Counted from the stretch's first letter, positions 1 through 12,565 are shown. The stretch is DNA of 64,000 nucleotides from Felis catus (GCF_018350175.1 NC_058383.1:8060001-8124000); one strand, 5' to 3'. The notes: generated by a model from the sequence alone, not told the origin. Numbers and translations: made by a program.

Positions 1-893
1 AAAGTGGGTGCACAGGTTATCACAAGACGGAGAAACACAGAGCATAAACTCATAGAGATGAAAAGGCTTCAGGCCACCCCCCTGCCAACCACCGCAGGAA
101 CCACCGCTACAACCAGGTGAGGGAAGGCTCAGGGAGGTGTCGGCAGGGTTTGTAGGGTGACAATACAAATTAGTCATCAGCGTGAGTTGATTGGCCCATT
201 TCAGGCACCTCTCCAATTTGTAACTCTCCATTTCATCTTTGTGCCTGGATTCCCAAAGATGATCTTCCAGCCTTCCATTTATCCTTTCATATTGTCCCCC
301 AGATTACTGTAAGGTTAACCTTCTTAAAAGTGTTCTCGCCAAGTTATTCATCAGCTCAGGCAACCATAGTGACTCCCAACTGCCCACGGCCTCGAATCCG
401 AACTCCTCTCTGCAGACACAAGCCACGCTGGATCCACTAACTCACAGATTCGCTACATTCACCGTTTGCTAACAGTGAAGAAATCCAGCCCACTGTCTTC
501 AAAATGATGTAAACCACTTGAAGTCTAGGACTCTACATGAGCAAAACCCGTATTTCTAACAATTCTCTCACAAATCTTCTCTTTTCTGCAGCGAGGCAAT
601 GCCACGCTGAGACAAGGAATTCTAGAAAGTATCAGCTTTCCAAGGAGTGTAGGAGTTCACATCTCTAGAGCTTCCAAATTTCCACAGGCTGTTGCTCAGC
701 TCTCTGCTTTACGTCTTTGCCTCACAGCTCATTACTTCCTTATCTACAACCTTCTCCTCTTCCCACCAGGAGCACATTTCTTTCATTCCTTTTGCCTTCT
801 GCCCTTCTTACACATTTCCTTGCCTTTTTTTCACTCCCTAATGATTTACCCTTCCTAACGCCAACAGCTTGCTTTATTGATCTTATACTTGAC

Positions 894-932
<39 letters not shown>

Positions 933-1989
933 AACAACTATGAAGATACTTCCGCCAACATGTATGCCATTGGCAAGCTGAAGGCAGAGGAGAAAGGGGA
1001 ATGAAAAAGAGGAAGAAGACAAAGGAGTAGACCAAAAAAAGTTGAGAATGGGAGAAAATGACCAGCGCCACCGTTAACAGGCGTTGACAGTATGCCGGAT
1101 ACTCTGCACATCCTCAAAACCATCTTGCAAGGCAGGTACGGCCATCCTCAGTTTTCAAATGAGGAAACTCGGCTGAAATGACTCACCTGAGGCCGCACAT
1201 CCGGTAAGGGTCAGAGACCACACTACATGCCAGATGCATTAGGCCCCCTGTCTTGCCACAATAGCATATGACTTCCATATCCAAGAGGAAGAAAAAAAGA
1301 ACATAAAATGGAGACAGGCGAGGCCTTCCCAACAATTGTTTCAAGTGGTACCCGAAAATTAAAAAACGTCATTTTCCACGTGACAAAATTTAAGATTTTC
1401 TCTTAGGTGCGAACCGCTTTACTTGACCGCAAGGAAAGGTACACGCACATGGACAGCCAAAGAGCCCGTAGCCCAATCCACAGCCTCCTCATTTTTAAAC
1501 TTGGGTCTAGGCTACCTGTGTCCCTTTTCAGTTTCGACCCATGCTCACCTTGTAAGATGCTCTACATTCCTCTGGCCTTCGTTCATGCCCCTCTCCCTTT
1601 TCTTCACATCGCTTAAATATCAGCCCCTCCTTTTCTTATTTCCCGTCTCCCTCATTACCTGTGCATTTCTTACTTGAGGAGAGTGCTGCATCTGGCAGGT
1701 TCTCAGTACATGTCTATTTTGGGCTCCATCCTTATCTTATGTCAGCCCCACCACCGCGCTTTGTCTAGCCTTCCCCAAGTCATCGCCCCTACCCCAAATC
1801 CAGTTCCCACCCTGCTCCGTCTCCATCGCCCCAGGCCCTCCATTAGTCCTCCCCGCTTCCTCACAAACTCCAATGGTCGTCCCTTCCGCCTCTCACCCCT
1901 TTTCCCGCCTTTTTCCCCCTCAAGGTGCAGAAGCGCGAGGACCGCATTGTCCACCCCCCCATCCCCCAACCAGCCTACCAGAAAGCCTT

Positions 1990-2960
1990 GTTACCATGAC
2001 GATAGAGCTACTCAAAGCCGAAGTCGGGGACCTGGTTGCCATGGCTTCCGCTTCTCCGCCTCCAGCCCCGCCCGCGCGCCCCGCGGCGCTGGCGCCTGCG
2101 CAGTACGCCACTCGAAGGGCCTCCGAGCCGGGGCGGGACGGGGCGGGGCTTCAGGCTAGAGGGAGGGAAGGAGGAGAAAGGATAAGAAAGGGAGTGGAGC
2201 TGGCGCGTACGGTGGCCGAAGAGGGACGCGCCGAGCCGGAGGCTGCAGGATGGTAGGCTGTGCGGAGAGGGAGGGGAGGGGGAACCGAGGGGCGTGGGTT
2301 GCACCTGCGGGGGTCCTTGGGGGCCGCCCTCTGTGCGGGCCGCCCTCTCTTCCTCCGGTCCTCACAGGCCCCACTTACCTGAGCGGGTGGGCGAGCCGGC
2401 CTCGGAAGGAAGAGCAGCTGGAAATGGCTTTAGGGAGAAGGGGCGGGGAGGGGCGCATTTGTGGGGCAAGAGGGGGGTGACTAGGGGCGGCGGGACCGTC
2501 CCGAGTCGTGGGGACGTCGCGGGTGGCGGTCCAAGGGGACCTCCCGACCACTGCCGCAGGGAAGTCGCAGGAGGAAGAGGGGCGCGGGGGCCTGCCGGCG
2601 GAGGGAGGCGGCGGGGTTGGCGGGTCACCAAGACCCTCTGTTCCCGAGCAGCCCAGAGGAGCGGCGGCCCGCAGGGAGAGCCGTGTGTGGGAGGGGACAG
2701 TTTCCGGGTCCGAGGAGTGGACGTCCTGCCTCGCTTTATCTCCCAGCTCGCCTACAGGCTGGGGTGAGATGGGAAAGCCAAGTGGGCTCGAGGTCTTGCT
2801 CTCCCGGACCCAGGCTTCGGATCCCCCGCTCCCGTGTTCTTGGCTCTCCGCCCCCCATCCCATTCTCTTTCCGGAGCCCAGGCCTTCCGTCTTCCTGCTG
2901 GCTTCCCGCTTCCCCGCCCCCCAATCTCAGACGCGCAGGGCTCCCTTGCGCCCGTCTGCT
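1990..2960 (+). promoter_or_regulatory. AP1S1 CpG-island promoter/exon 1 region
   Basis: CpG/GC-rich; GC boxes near 2066 and 2131-2148; X-box-like GTTACCATGAC (1990-2000) and GTTGCCATGGC (2035-2045); NRF1-like GCGCCTGCGCA near 2092-2102; directly upstream of and around the AP1S1 ATG at 2250. Confidence 0.8.
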
Positions 2961-5900
2961 GCCCTCCCACCACGCTAGCAGTGTTTTCCCTTCCCCACCG
3001 CCCCAAACCCTAAAGTAGTATTGTTTCAAACACCCACGGATTCCAGCCCTGGTAATGCCCGGGGAGAGGAGCACTGGAGGGACAAGGCGATAACTCCAGG
3101 ATATATAGACTGGACCCCCTGGAACTGGGAAACTGAGGGTGCACAGGGTAGTGAGGGCTCTGCCCTCCTCCCCGCTCAACTCAGCCTGCACTGTGTTGCA
3201 CAAAGCTTCAGGAACCACCCTGAATGGCAGTGTCCTGAGGAACTGAAAGGGAAATTGTCACCTGGTGTCTGGAGAGGTGTCGGTGCCTAACAGGAGTCAC
3301 CCTAAAAGGAAAAAAAAAAAGAGGACTGTCAGTGGCCAGATGCCTGGATGGCTGAGGAGAGAGGAGGGTGGAATTTGGGGGTCCCAATGCCCCTGGGCAT
3401 ATGACTGGCAATTGAAGGCAGTGCACTGGGGACATCAGCAAGAATGTATGTCCAGGATGGGGTGGAGAATTGAGGTAGCTTTTCTAGAGACAAAATACCC
3501 TATTTCAGCGTGGTGGTGGACAGAAGGACCATGGAAGAAAGCAGACCTCTCTTTGACTTCAGCTATGGGCTGTTTGTCACTCTATTAGGCATTTTAATGA
3601 CCTGTGGAAGACAAAAGTATGAGACAGAAGGTGAAGGGATAATAATACTGACTCTTAATGTGTTACAGTGCTTACCACGTGACAGGCACAGTTGCATATA
3701 TCAACTCGTTTAATCCCTCCAAACAGGAAGGTACTTTTATTACATCCATCTTACAGACCAGGAAACTGAGGGCCAGAGACATGAAATAATTGCCCAAGGC
3801 AAATGACTCAACTAGTAGAGCCAGGGTTTGAGCCCAAATGACAGACTCAGAAGCTCTGACATGTTCCAGAAGGAAGGGCACCTGCTGGCGGGAATACCCA
3901 GAGTTGATGGCAAGGGCTGATTTTCGAAGCAACCGGGGCCATGAATAGAGAAGAGTTAGATGTGTGTGGATGTGATGGATGCATTTGTGGCTGTGTTTCT
4001 GGAGTAAACAAACTCAGAGAACCAAATCTCTGACCCTCTCTGGGGTCTCTGGCCCTCTCTGGGCTCTGCCCCCTCTCCCTAGATGCGATTCATGCTGCTG
4101 TTCAGCCGGCAGGGGAAGCTGCGGCTGCAAAAATGGTACCTGGCCACATCGGACAAGGAGCGAAAGAAAATGGTTCGGGAGCTTATGCAGGTGGTCCTGG
4201 CTCGCAAGCCCAAGATGTGCAGCTTCCTGGAGTGGAGGGATCTCAAAGTCGTCTATAAGAGGTGACTCACCACCGGCTTTCAGACCGGTCTGGACCCTGC
4301 TTGATTGGAGCCTGGCAGTGGGTTCAGATGGCCGAGAAATAAGGCATCCCTTCGGGTCAGGGAGGATTGGAAACTAAGGGCATCCGGAGGGCAGTGATGA
4401 ATTCCAGCTTCTTCCTTTACTCTCCGAACTTCCCTTGAAGACCTTCTTGTTCCCCACTTGTATTGCTCAACCTGACACCTACTTCACCTCTGTCGCAAAG
4501 GCCCTATTCTTGTCCATTGCACACGTCCCTCGCAGCCTCATTCAGCAGTCCTAGGTCCTGCACCACCTTTCCCAACACACACACACACCCCGTCCAGTTC
4601 CTTCTTTGAGCAGGTGGATTAGTTCACTCAGGATTTTGCTGAATCAAACTGAACAGGTCAGAGGGCGAGAGGGAAAGAGTGTGCATGCCTGTCTTTGCCT
4701 GTGCTTGTGAGAGCCACCTCGAGGCAAAGTGAGTTACTATTTGCATACCCTGGGGTCACCCTGCCTGTGTCCTGTAGGGACATAGACCCTGAGCTGAAAA
4801 TGAGGGCAAATGGGAGGTTTGAGTGCAGAAAGCCTGGATCCGGAAGCAGACCCAGCAGCCCCCCCAGCTACCCCGCATGTGCCCCTGTCCACAGATATGC
4901 CAGCCTCTACTTCTGCTGCGCCATCGAGGGCCAAGACAATGAGCTCATCACGCTGGAGCTGATCCACCGATATGTGGAGCTCCTGGACAAATACTTCGGC
5001 AGCGTAAGTGTCCCCACCCACCTTTTCGTACCCAGCAGTCCCCTCTTCTACCAAACCCTGGGACCCTTCCAGGCTCTGCCTAGAAGATTTGGGCGAGGTG
5101 AAATTGGAGCAGTGAGAACAGTAATTAATTTCCCATTTTAAGCCTTAAGCCTATTAGCCATATCCCTTAATCGGCCCCTGGGCCCAGGGGGGGCAGATCA
5201 GAATCTGCCACTTAATCAAGTGGAGCTCAGCTCGGACCTCTCCCATAAGGACAGAAACCAAGTTCAGATTTTATCAGTGGATCCTGACCTTGACTTTGCA
5301 TTGGAATTTCCTGGAGAGGTTTGTTGTTGTTGTTGTTGTTGTTGTTGATTAGTGATGCCTGGGTCCCACCCCCAGCAGTTCTGAATTAACTGATCTGGGG
5401 TATAGCCTGGACATTGACAGCTCAGATCTTAGATGGAGAATAGTAATGACTCCATAATTTGTATTCCACTTAATGGTTTACAAAGGGCTTTCAGGCTCTC
5501 GTGTCTGCTCCTTATTCTATCCTGCGAGTAGGTGTTGTTATCTGCATTTTCAGATGAGAAAATTGAGGCTCAGAGAAATGAAGTGACATGTGCATCTAGC
5601 TGCCTAGGGGCAGAGCCTTGCTTAGAACTCAAGTCTTTCTACCTGTGATTCAGAGTCTCCTCCTCTGCTCCATAGTGTCTAGGAAGGGAGACTAGCCAGC
5701 CTCTGGTGGGAACAATGTCACAGATTTGGAGGGGAAGGCAGCAGGAACTACAGTCAAGAAGGAAAAGTCAAAATGAACGCTAAGGCCTATGGGTTGGGGA
5801 GGTCATCGACCTGCGTGGCAAGAGCCCGAGGTGGGAGAAGTGGTCCCAAAGAGAAGACCATGGAGCCATGATGAGAAAAGAAGTGGGCAGGATACCTGTG

Positions 5901-6681
5901 TGGCTCAGTGGGTTAAGCGCCTGACTGTTGATTTCAGCTCAGGTCATGATCTCTTGGTTGTGAGATCAAGCCCCATGTGGGGCTCCACACCGAGTGTGGA
6001 GCCTGCTTGAGATTCTCTCCCTCTCTCTCTGCCTCTTCCCACCCTCAAATAAACATTTAAAAAAGAAAAGGAAAAAAAAAGAAAAGAAGTGGGCGGCTGG
6101 GGTGCAGGTGGGGTGGGAACGCACCTTGACACTCAACCCTGCCTTCTCCCTCCCCCTCCTCCCAGGTGTGCGAGCTGGACATCATCTTCAACTTTGAGAA
6201 GGCCTACTTCATCTTGGACGAGTTTCTGATGGGGGGAGACGTCCAGGACACCTCCAAGAAGAGTGTGCTGAAGGCCATCGAGCAGGCAGACCTGCTGCAG
6301 GAGGTACGGGCCTGGGACAGTGAGGAGGAAGATGAGTACCGTGGTGGAGGGTGCCCTCCCTGCCCTGGACACCTTGCCTGCCAGCCACGGCTGCCCCCTT
6401 CCCGCCACCAAGGGGGCCCCCCTCCCTGTGGTGTCTGACCCCCACAGCACCCAGTTGGCCAGCTTGCCCTCAAGCACTGACTGCTCGGGGTGGGAGGTAT
6501 GGGTGGCAGGCAGCCCGCTGGGCCCGCTCCCCCTCTTTCTCCCAAGACCCAAGGTGTCCCATCCTAGCTGAATCTCCCGTGTCCCATCCTTCTCTAGGCA
6601 TTTAGGGTTGCTCAGGGAATTGGAGAAGGGGCACATGATTCTTCACTCTCCTGGTGTCTTCTCCTTCTCCATTTTTTCTTA

Positions 6682-6730
<49 letters not shown>

Positions 6731-7021
6731 CCTCTGCTCCTCAGAAGCGAAGGGTGGCGGGGACTCGGGGGTTGGGGTAGAGGGTGCCTGGCTGGGGGTT
6801 CTCCTGCTCTCTGACGCCCCCGCCCTCACCCCATTACTGCCTGCCCCCTCTCTGCTGTGCCACCGCTGAGACTTGGTGCAGGGAGATGAGTCACCGGAAT
6901 CTGCAATGACAAGCAAGCTGGCCCGAGCTGGCTCTGAGGAGGGGGAAAGATGGGGGCTCATCTCTGCAGTAAGAGAAAGAGCAGAATTGAACTTGCCACC
7001 TCACTGGTCTGACTTCCCCTT

Positions 7022-7072
<51 letters not shown>

Positions 7073-7647
7073 CCTGGCACACACCCACCCCTGTTACTAG
7101 TGCTCTGCTCAGACCCTAATGACTCATTTCTCTGCAGTCTGGTTCACCTTCCCTCAGGGACCTGATGCCAACTGATTACTCCCTGCCCCCACTCTGAATA
7201 AAAGAACCCAGCCAGCTGGCACCCCCAGCCTTCAGAAAGCAGGTTCCCTCCCCTGCCCGCCCCCGTCCCAGCTTCACACCCTTCCCCCTCAGATACTGAG
7301 ACTGCGCCCCTGCTCACCAAGCTCCTGGTTTGGGATTTTCTGGGTGGTGGTGGACTCAACCTGGACCTCCTTCCTCGCCACAGTTGGCCTCTGGGGGGTG
7401 GTCCCTGGAGACTGGGGAGCTCCCCGGAAGGGTCCCCAGCTGTTCCAGCCTCGAGCTCATGTTGGCTTCTCTCTCCCCTCCCTGTGTCTCTCTGCTTCCC
7501 CGACTCGTGATGTTGTTGTCTTGCCCACCCTCCTCTGCCTCATTCCCTGTCCGCCTCTCCTGGTGTCTCTGCGTCACCCTCTGTCTGTCTCTGCCTCAGG
7601 AGGATGAGTCGCCTCGCAGTGTGCTGGAGGAGATGGGTCTGGCGTAG
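2250..7647 (+). CDS. AP1S1: AP-1 complex subunit sigma-1A (158 aa)
   Basis: Coding exons 2250-2252 (ATG only), 4083-4261, 4895-5003, 6166-6303, 7600-7647; all GT-AG; 477 nt gives [20 protein letters not shown]...[16 protein letters not shown], matching recalled AP1S1. Confidence 0.98.
3640..3870 (-). mobile_element. MIR SINE (representative)
   Basis: MIR core TTACAGACCAGGAAACTGAGGGCCAGAGA...TTGCCCAAGG...GGTTTGAGCCCA; similar remnants near 1140-1230, 5445-5650, 23430-23570, 39110-39250 and 54690-54880. Confidence 0.7.
5885..6085 (+). mobile_element. CAN-SINE in AP1S1 intron 3 (representative of further copies)
   Basis: SINE head, CT tract and A-tail. Further copies near 8770-8969(-), 22820-22995(-), 29790-30000(+), 33766-33900(-), 36862-37055(-), 37578-37798(+), 39358-39619(+), 44210-44406(-), 44868-45077(+), 60568-60670(+), 60698-60911(+). 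Confidence 0.85.
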
Positions 7648-8349
7648 CCCCCGCCTGGGTCGCGTGGAGATGTGGGGAGCTGGTGGAGAGGCAGGGCATG
7701 AGTGCCCCCTTTTCTCGACGGGACCCAGCTGTCCCTCCTCTGCTGCCTCACCTTCTTTCAGAGTGAGCTGTGGGCTCAGGACCCTCAAACATTCCCTCCC
7801 TCCACCTCTATCTCCTGTTTCCCCTTTCCCCAATGAAGGTTTTAGGAGGTAGGCAAATGTGACCAAAATGGGGGTGCTATTTGGCTTTCATTCCTTGCCT
7901 TTGAAGAACTAATGTTACCCCAAACTCACTCCCCTCCCTTATAACTGTAAATATATAAATATGTCAGGTTAAAGGGAAAAGGTTTTCAGGGTTCTTCTCT
8001 GCTCCCTGCCCCAAAACCTACCTCCACCCTGCCCCATAGTCAGCCAGGGCATCTTCTCTGCCTGGGGCAGGGGCGGGGAGGGGGGGTCCTGTGTATTTGA
8101 GAGGGAAGTCCTTTCCCCTCATCTGCCCTCCTCCTCCCTCCTCCTTGGCTGCAGTGGGGACTCTGTCCAGTGCCAGGGGAGGGACAGCGTGGTTAATTTT
8201 TTTCTAACCTTGCCACTTTGAGGGAAGTGAGCTTTGGGGGAAGGGCAGGCTTTATGGGAGACTGTCCCTCCCTCACTCCGTGTTCTGGGTGAGGCAGGAG
8301 CTAAGAGGTGGGGTGTGGGAAGTGGCTGACTTTATTTCCTTTCCTCTGA

Positions 8350-8355
8350 AATAAA
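8350..8355 (+). terminator. AP1S1 polyadenylation signal AATAAA
   Basis: AATAAA about 700 nt after the stop codon. Confidence 0.8.
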
Positions 8356-8463
8356 AGGAAAAGCATTTCTGGACTTTGCCTGCTTAGGCTCTGTGAAGGA
8401 AGGAAAAGCTTCTGGGATCAGTCAGGAGGGGACGGGAACACTGCCTCTTCACCTCCCTGGAAC

Positions 8464-8628
8464 TAGGTTTGCCAGAGTTAGAGAGAGAGAGAGGAAGAAA
8501 AAAATACAGGACACCCAGTTCAATTTGAGTGATAATATTTTTAGTTTATGTGTCCTACGCAAACACATCCGCTATTTATTCAAAATGAAATTTTAACCGG
8601 GTGTCCTGTACTTTATCTGGTACCCCTA
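8464..8628. mobile_element. MER53-like hAT MITE (palindromic)
   Basis: Ends TAGGTTTGCCAGA...TCTGGTACCCTA; internal inverted repeat TACAGGACACCCAGTT (8505-8520) / AACCGGGTGTCCTGTA (8595-8610); resembles recalled MER53 consensus. Confidence 0.7.
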
Positions 8629-9491
8629 TTCCAAATGGGTTTGTGAGCTCAGTGCCTTTCTGAACACGGTGTCTCCGGCTCTGGAGCTGCCTTTGGCCAG
8701 GTAGGAGCCATTCCTGGGGACATAGTTTCACACCTCTGAGGTTTCTTTGTGGAACATTTCATTCGGCTGTTTTTTGTTTTTGTTTTTATTTCTTTTGAGA
8801 GAGAGAATGCTGGAGCGAGGGGCAGAGAGAGGGGGGTCAGAGAGAATCCCAAACAGGCTAAGTGCTGTCAGCGCAGAGCTCAATTCGGGGCTCCATCTCA
8901 CCGTCCATGAGATCGTGACCTGAGCCAAAGCCCAGAGTTGGACGCTTAACTGAGCCACCCAGGCGCCCCTCAGCTGGTTTAGTTCTATTTGGAGAGAGGA
9001 GTCAGGAGTTCAACAGTATATCCAACCCTGTGTGCTTTGCAAAGGGTTGAGAAATGTCTAAAAGCAAGGTGTTTCTATAGCTGGAGGCCCTTCCTCCCTG
9101 TTTGTTGCGAAGTATGTAGGACCAGGGAATTTAGGGGGCAGTTAAGGGAGGCGAGTAGGTGGAACAGGGACTGTGGGGAGCCACCAGTACTGCCTAAGAG
9201 GCCAGAAGATCATGGACAGAAGAGCCTTCAAAGTGGCCTGGAGCTGCCCCACCCTGGGGACCAATGACTTTACCCCCCGCCACCACCCCTAAGCTGGAAG
9301 TGGAATTTAGGCTTTCTTAGTAGATGTGGGTCATATTCTACTCTTGAATATGGTTGAAAGTGGTTCCACTACCCTCACTTTTGAACAGGGTGTTGTGGCT
9401 GGCGCTTCCCTCACCGCCCCTTGGGGAGGACCACGGAGGCCCAAGGGGACGGGTGAATAAGGGAGAACAAAGTCCTAATAAAATAGTCACT

Positions 9492-9497
9492 TTTATT
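9492..9497 (-). terminator. VGF polyadenylation signal AATAAA
   Basis: TTTATT on the + strand about 490 nt downstream of the inferred VGF stop. Confidence 0.8.
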
Positions 9498-9972
9498 TCT
9501 TAGCAAAACTATTTCCTCCGTGAGGGGTATTTACAACAGAGAAGGGAAAGAATAGGTAAATTCACACCGAACTGGAGAGGGTGGAGAGGCTCCTGGGAGG
9601 CCCAAAGGGCAGGAGACAGACACTTCTTCACACAATTAACTGGAATAGCTTTTTCCGGTTTTGGACGGGGACGTCCCGAGAGGGACTAGTGGGGACCAGA
9701 GGCCGTGGTAGGAGAGGGAATTCGCACAAACCACCCGCCCGCCTGGGATGGCCCCGGGAGCCCCCTTGAATGAATTTGGGGGAGTTCGGGCTTCGAATCC
9801 GGGAAGCTGTCTGACAGGTCCCGGCGCAGCCCTGGGGCTGGGCGACCCGGGGGTAGGGGCGGGGCCAGGCGGCGGCCAGGGATGGGGCTGGGGTGCATGC
9901 AAACACCTAGAAGGGGAGAGGAGCAACACGGAGGGGGGGTGGCAGCGCGCGCGTCTCCGGCGCGCGGGGGCG

Positions 9973-10120
9973 NNNNNNNNNNNNNNNNNNNNNNNNNNNN
10001 NNNNNNNNNNNNNNNNNNNNNNNNNNNNNNNNNNNNNNNNNNNNNNNNNNNNNNNNNNNNNNNNNNNNNNNNNNNNNNNNNNNNNNNNNNNNNNNNNNNN
10101 NNNNNNNNNNNNNNNNNNNN
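9973..10120. other. Assembly gap (148 N) in VGF 3' CDS
   Basis: N run. Confidence 1.
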
Positions 10121-11842
10121 CGGCAGGGCGTGGTGGTAGTGGCGGCGGCGCGAGGCAGCGGGTGGCTGCAGTGTCCGCGGCCGGATGTAGTTGGGAAAAG
10201 GGTGGTAGGGCCCCGGGGGAAACAACTCGTCCTCCTCGCGATCCCAAGGCGGGAGCACCTCGTTCCAGTCGGGCAGCTCCTCTCGGGCGGGGGCGGGGGC
10301 GGGAGGCGGGGGCTGCGGGGAACGGACGTGGGTGGGGGCGGGGGCGGCCCGGGGGTGCGGCACGGGCTCGGGAGGGGCGTTCTTCTTCCGCTTCCGCTTC
10401 TCCTCCACCTCTTCGATGATGCTGACCACGTCGTCTGCTGGCAGATGGAGTTTGGTGGACAGCTCAATAAGGCTGTCGATCGTCTGAGGGTCCATCTCTT
10501 CGTCGTCGTCCTCCTCCTCCCCGCCCTCCTCTGCCCCCTCAGCCTCCTTCCGACGGTGGCCGGGCATCTCCTCCTGGGAGCGCTTGTCCTCGGCTCCGGC
10601 TTCTCCGTCCTCCTCCTCNNNNNNNNNNNNNNNNNNNNNNNNNNNNNNNNNNNNNNNNNNNNNNNNNNNNNNNNNNNNNNNNNNNNNNNNNNNNNNNNNN
10701 NNNNNNNNNNNNNNNNNNNNNNNNNNNNNNNNNNNNNNNNNNNNNNNNNNNNNNNNNNCGCTCTCTCGCTCCTCCTCCTTCTCCTGCAGCCCCCGACCCC
10801 CAAGGCCGCGCTGCCGGGCCCCGCCCTGCAGCAAATATTGGAGCAGCAGGTCCGAGGCGAGGTCTGCCAGCCGCTCTTCCTGCGCCGCGGCCTGCCGTGT
10901 GGCCTCTGCCTGTCGCCGCCCGGCTTCTACCTGCGCCAGCCCTTGCTGTAGAAGGCGCTCCCCAGCCTCAGAGCCGCCCAGGAGTGAGCTCTCCGGACGG
11001 CGCGCCTTGGGGAAAGGGGCGCCCAGGCTTTGGTACGCCTTGGATAGGGGTGCCAATGCCTCACCTAGATGTGTTTTGGGGGAGGATACCCCTTCCCCGA
11101 ACTGGTGGGCTTCAGGAAGGGACCCGCTCTCGGGCATACGCGCCTGGAATTGCGGGGGAGCGGGGGGTGGCAGGGGCGCGCGCTCCGGAACGCGCGCCTG
11201 GAACTCTCCCCAGGAAGCGCGCCACACGCGCTCCGGCCCGGGGCTCTCCAGGTTGACTCGGGTCAGAGTGTGCGTGCGAGTTTCCGTTTCTGCTGCCGCT
11301 GTCTCTTGCTGGCGCTTGGCGCTGCTCGGACTGAAATCTCGCAGTTCCTGGAGCAGAGAAGCTAGCGCCTCGAGCTCCTCGGAGGGGTCTCCAGCCTCGG
11401 GACCATTCTCCTGAGTCTGAGGGCGAGGCGGGGCCGCAGGTGCCTGGGTCTCCGGCGCCGGCAGGCTGTGGGTCTGGCTGCGCACGGTCTCGGTCAGCAG
11501 AGCTTCTGCTGCTTCTTCCTTTGGCCCCTGCTGGGAGCCGCCGGGAGCCGGGGGCGAGGCCGGGCGGTCAAGTGCCTGAAGCAGCACCGCGGCCAGCGCC
11601 CGGGGATCCACGCCCTGGAAAAGCTCTCCCTCGTCCTGCGGCTCAGAATTTCGAGCGGCTCGGACCTCTGGGGCGCTAACATCGTTCGGCCCGGGTGCTG
11701 CGTCCCCAGCTACCGGCTCTTTATGTTCAGAGCTGAGGGGAGGTGGCTGCGCCTCAGGGTGCCCCGGGGGCGCTGCTCCCAACCCCTTGATCAGTAGAAG
11801 GAAGCAGACGAGGGTGGAAGCCTGCAACCTGAGCGATTTCAT
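9986..11842 (-). CDS. VGF: Neurosecretory protein VGF (granin-like prohormone); single coding exon; stop inferred inside N-gap
   Basis: ATG at 11842 (MKSLRLQASTLVCFLLLIKGLGA signal peptide); NERP-1 (RPESSLLGG...QVEA-GRR), NERP-2 (QAEATRQ...QRGLG-GR), KRKRKK-NAPP and RPR-TLQP peptides; exon 2 starts at 11862. End near 9986 is estimated from the ~44 further residues in human VGF and lies in gap 9973-10120. Confidence 0.95.
10619..10758. other. Assembly gap (140 N) in VGF Glu-rich region
   Basis: N run; reading frame is preserved across it. Confidence 1.
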
Positions 11843-12369
11843 GACCAAAGGACTGCCGGAGACTGTGAAAAATAGAAGGGACCAAAGAAAGAGAGGGTTT
11901 CTGTAAGAATTTTCCGCTCTCTGATTCTATATCCCCTTCCCCCACCTTTAATCAGGAAAGCCAGGGCTTCCCTCATCCCCCTAACCTTACCCAGAGGAGG
12001 GACGTTTAGAAGCAAAGGAGGAAGATGTTGTGCCGATCTCTGGAGTCGTGTAAATGGGAAAACGCCCGCAACCCTCGCTCCCCCAATGCCTCTTCGCCCC
12101 CTTGCCTAAGCCATCTCACTGCCAGCGCCCACGTACTAAGCAGCTAAGATAAGGTGGAAAAAAATCTCTGCTCCCTCCCCACAGGACTCCCCGGATGGTG
12201 CGTGGGCGACTTCAGCAGCAAGAGAAAAGCGGCGACTCCCCCACTTATCAGGGACCCTTACCGGGGTCTCCCCGCTGTGTTTTTAACACCCCCATCCGGG
12301 AGGAGAGAGAAACCCTCCCTCACGCCCACGGCTGCTGAGGGTTTGAGGGATGGACAGCGGAGTATTTAC

Positions 12370-12565
12370 CAGCTGGTGTCACGATGCGGGAGGTGGAGAG
12401 GAGGGTCGGGGCGGGGTGGGGACAGGGAAAGATCGGGACGCGTCCGCCTCGGCTCCGAGCAGTGGCTGGGATAGGAGCGACGGTCGAGTTCTGGCGTCCA
12501 GTGGGTTGGGCTCAGCTGGGTCCGCGCGGCTCTGGGCGACTCGCTCGCTCCGGCTTCAGCACGCT
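12370..12565 (-). other. VGF: VGF non-coding exon 1
   Basis: Donor CTG|GTAAAT at 12370/12369; begins about 25-30 nt downstream of the TATA box at 12591-12597. Confidence 0.75.

Noticed and set aside
896-930. 35-nt poly(A) as a retrocopy tail
   Set aside because: No recognisable SINE, L1 or mRNA body upstream and no TSD; treated as a simple repeat
9686-9972. C-terminal extension of the 720-aa VGF ORF (PPRAGDARA...)
   Set aside because: Artefact of translating through N; the true stop is expected inside gap 9973-10120
10130-11414. 273- and 276-aa + strand ORFs antisense to VGF
   Set aside because: GC-rich antisense shadows of the VGF codons, spanning N-gaps, with no recognisable domain
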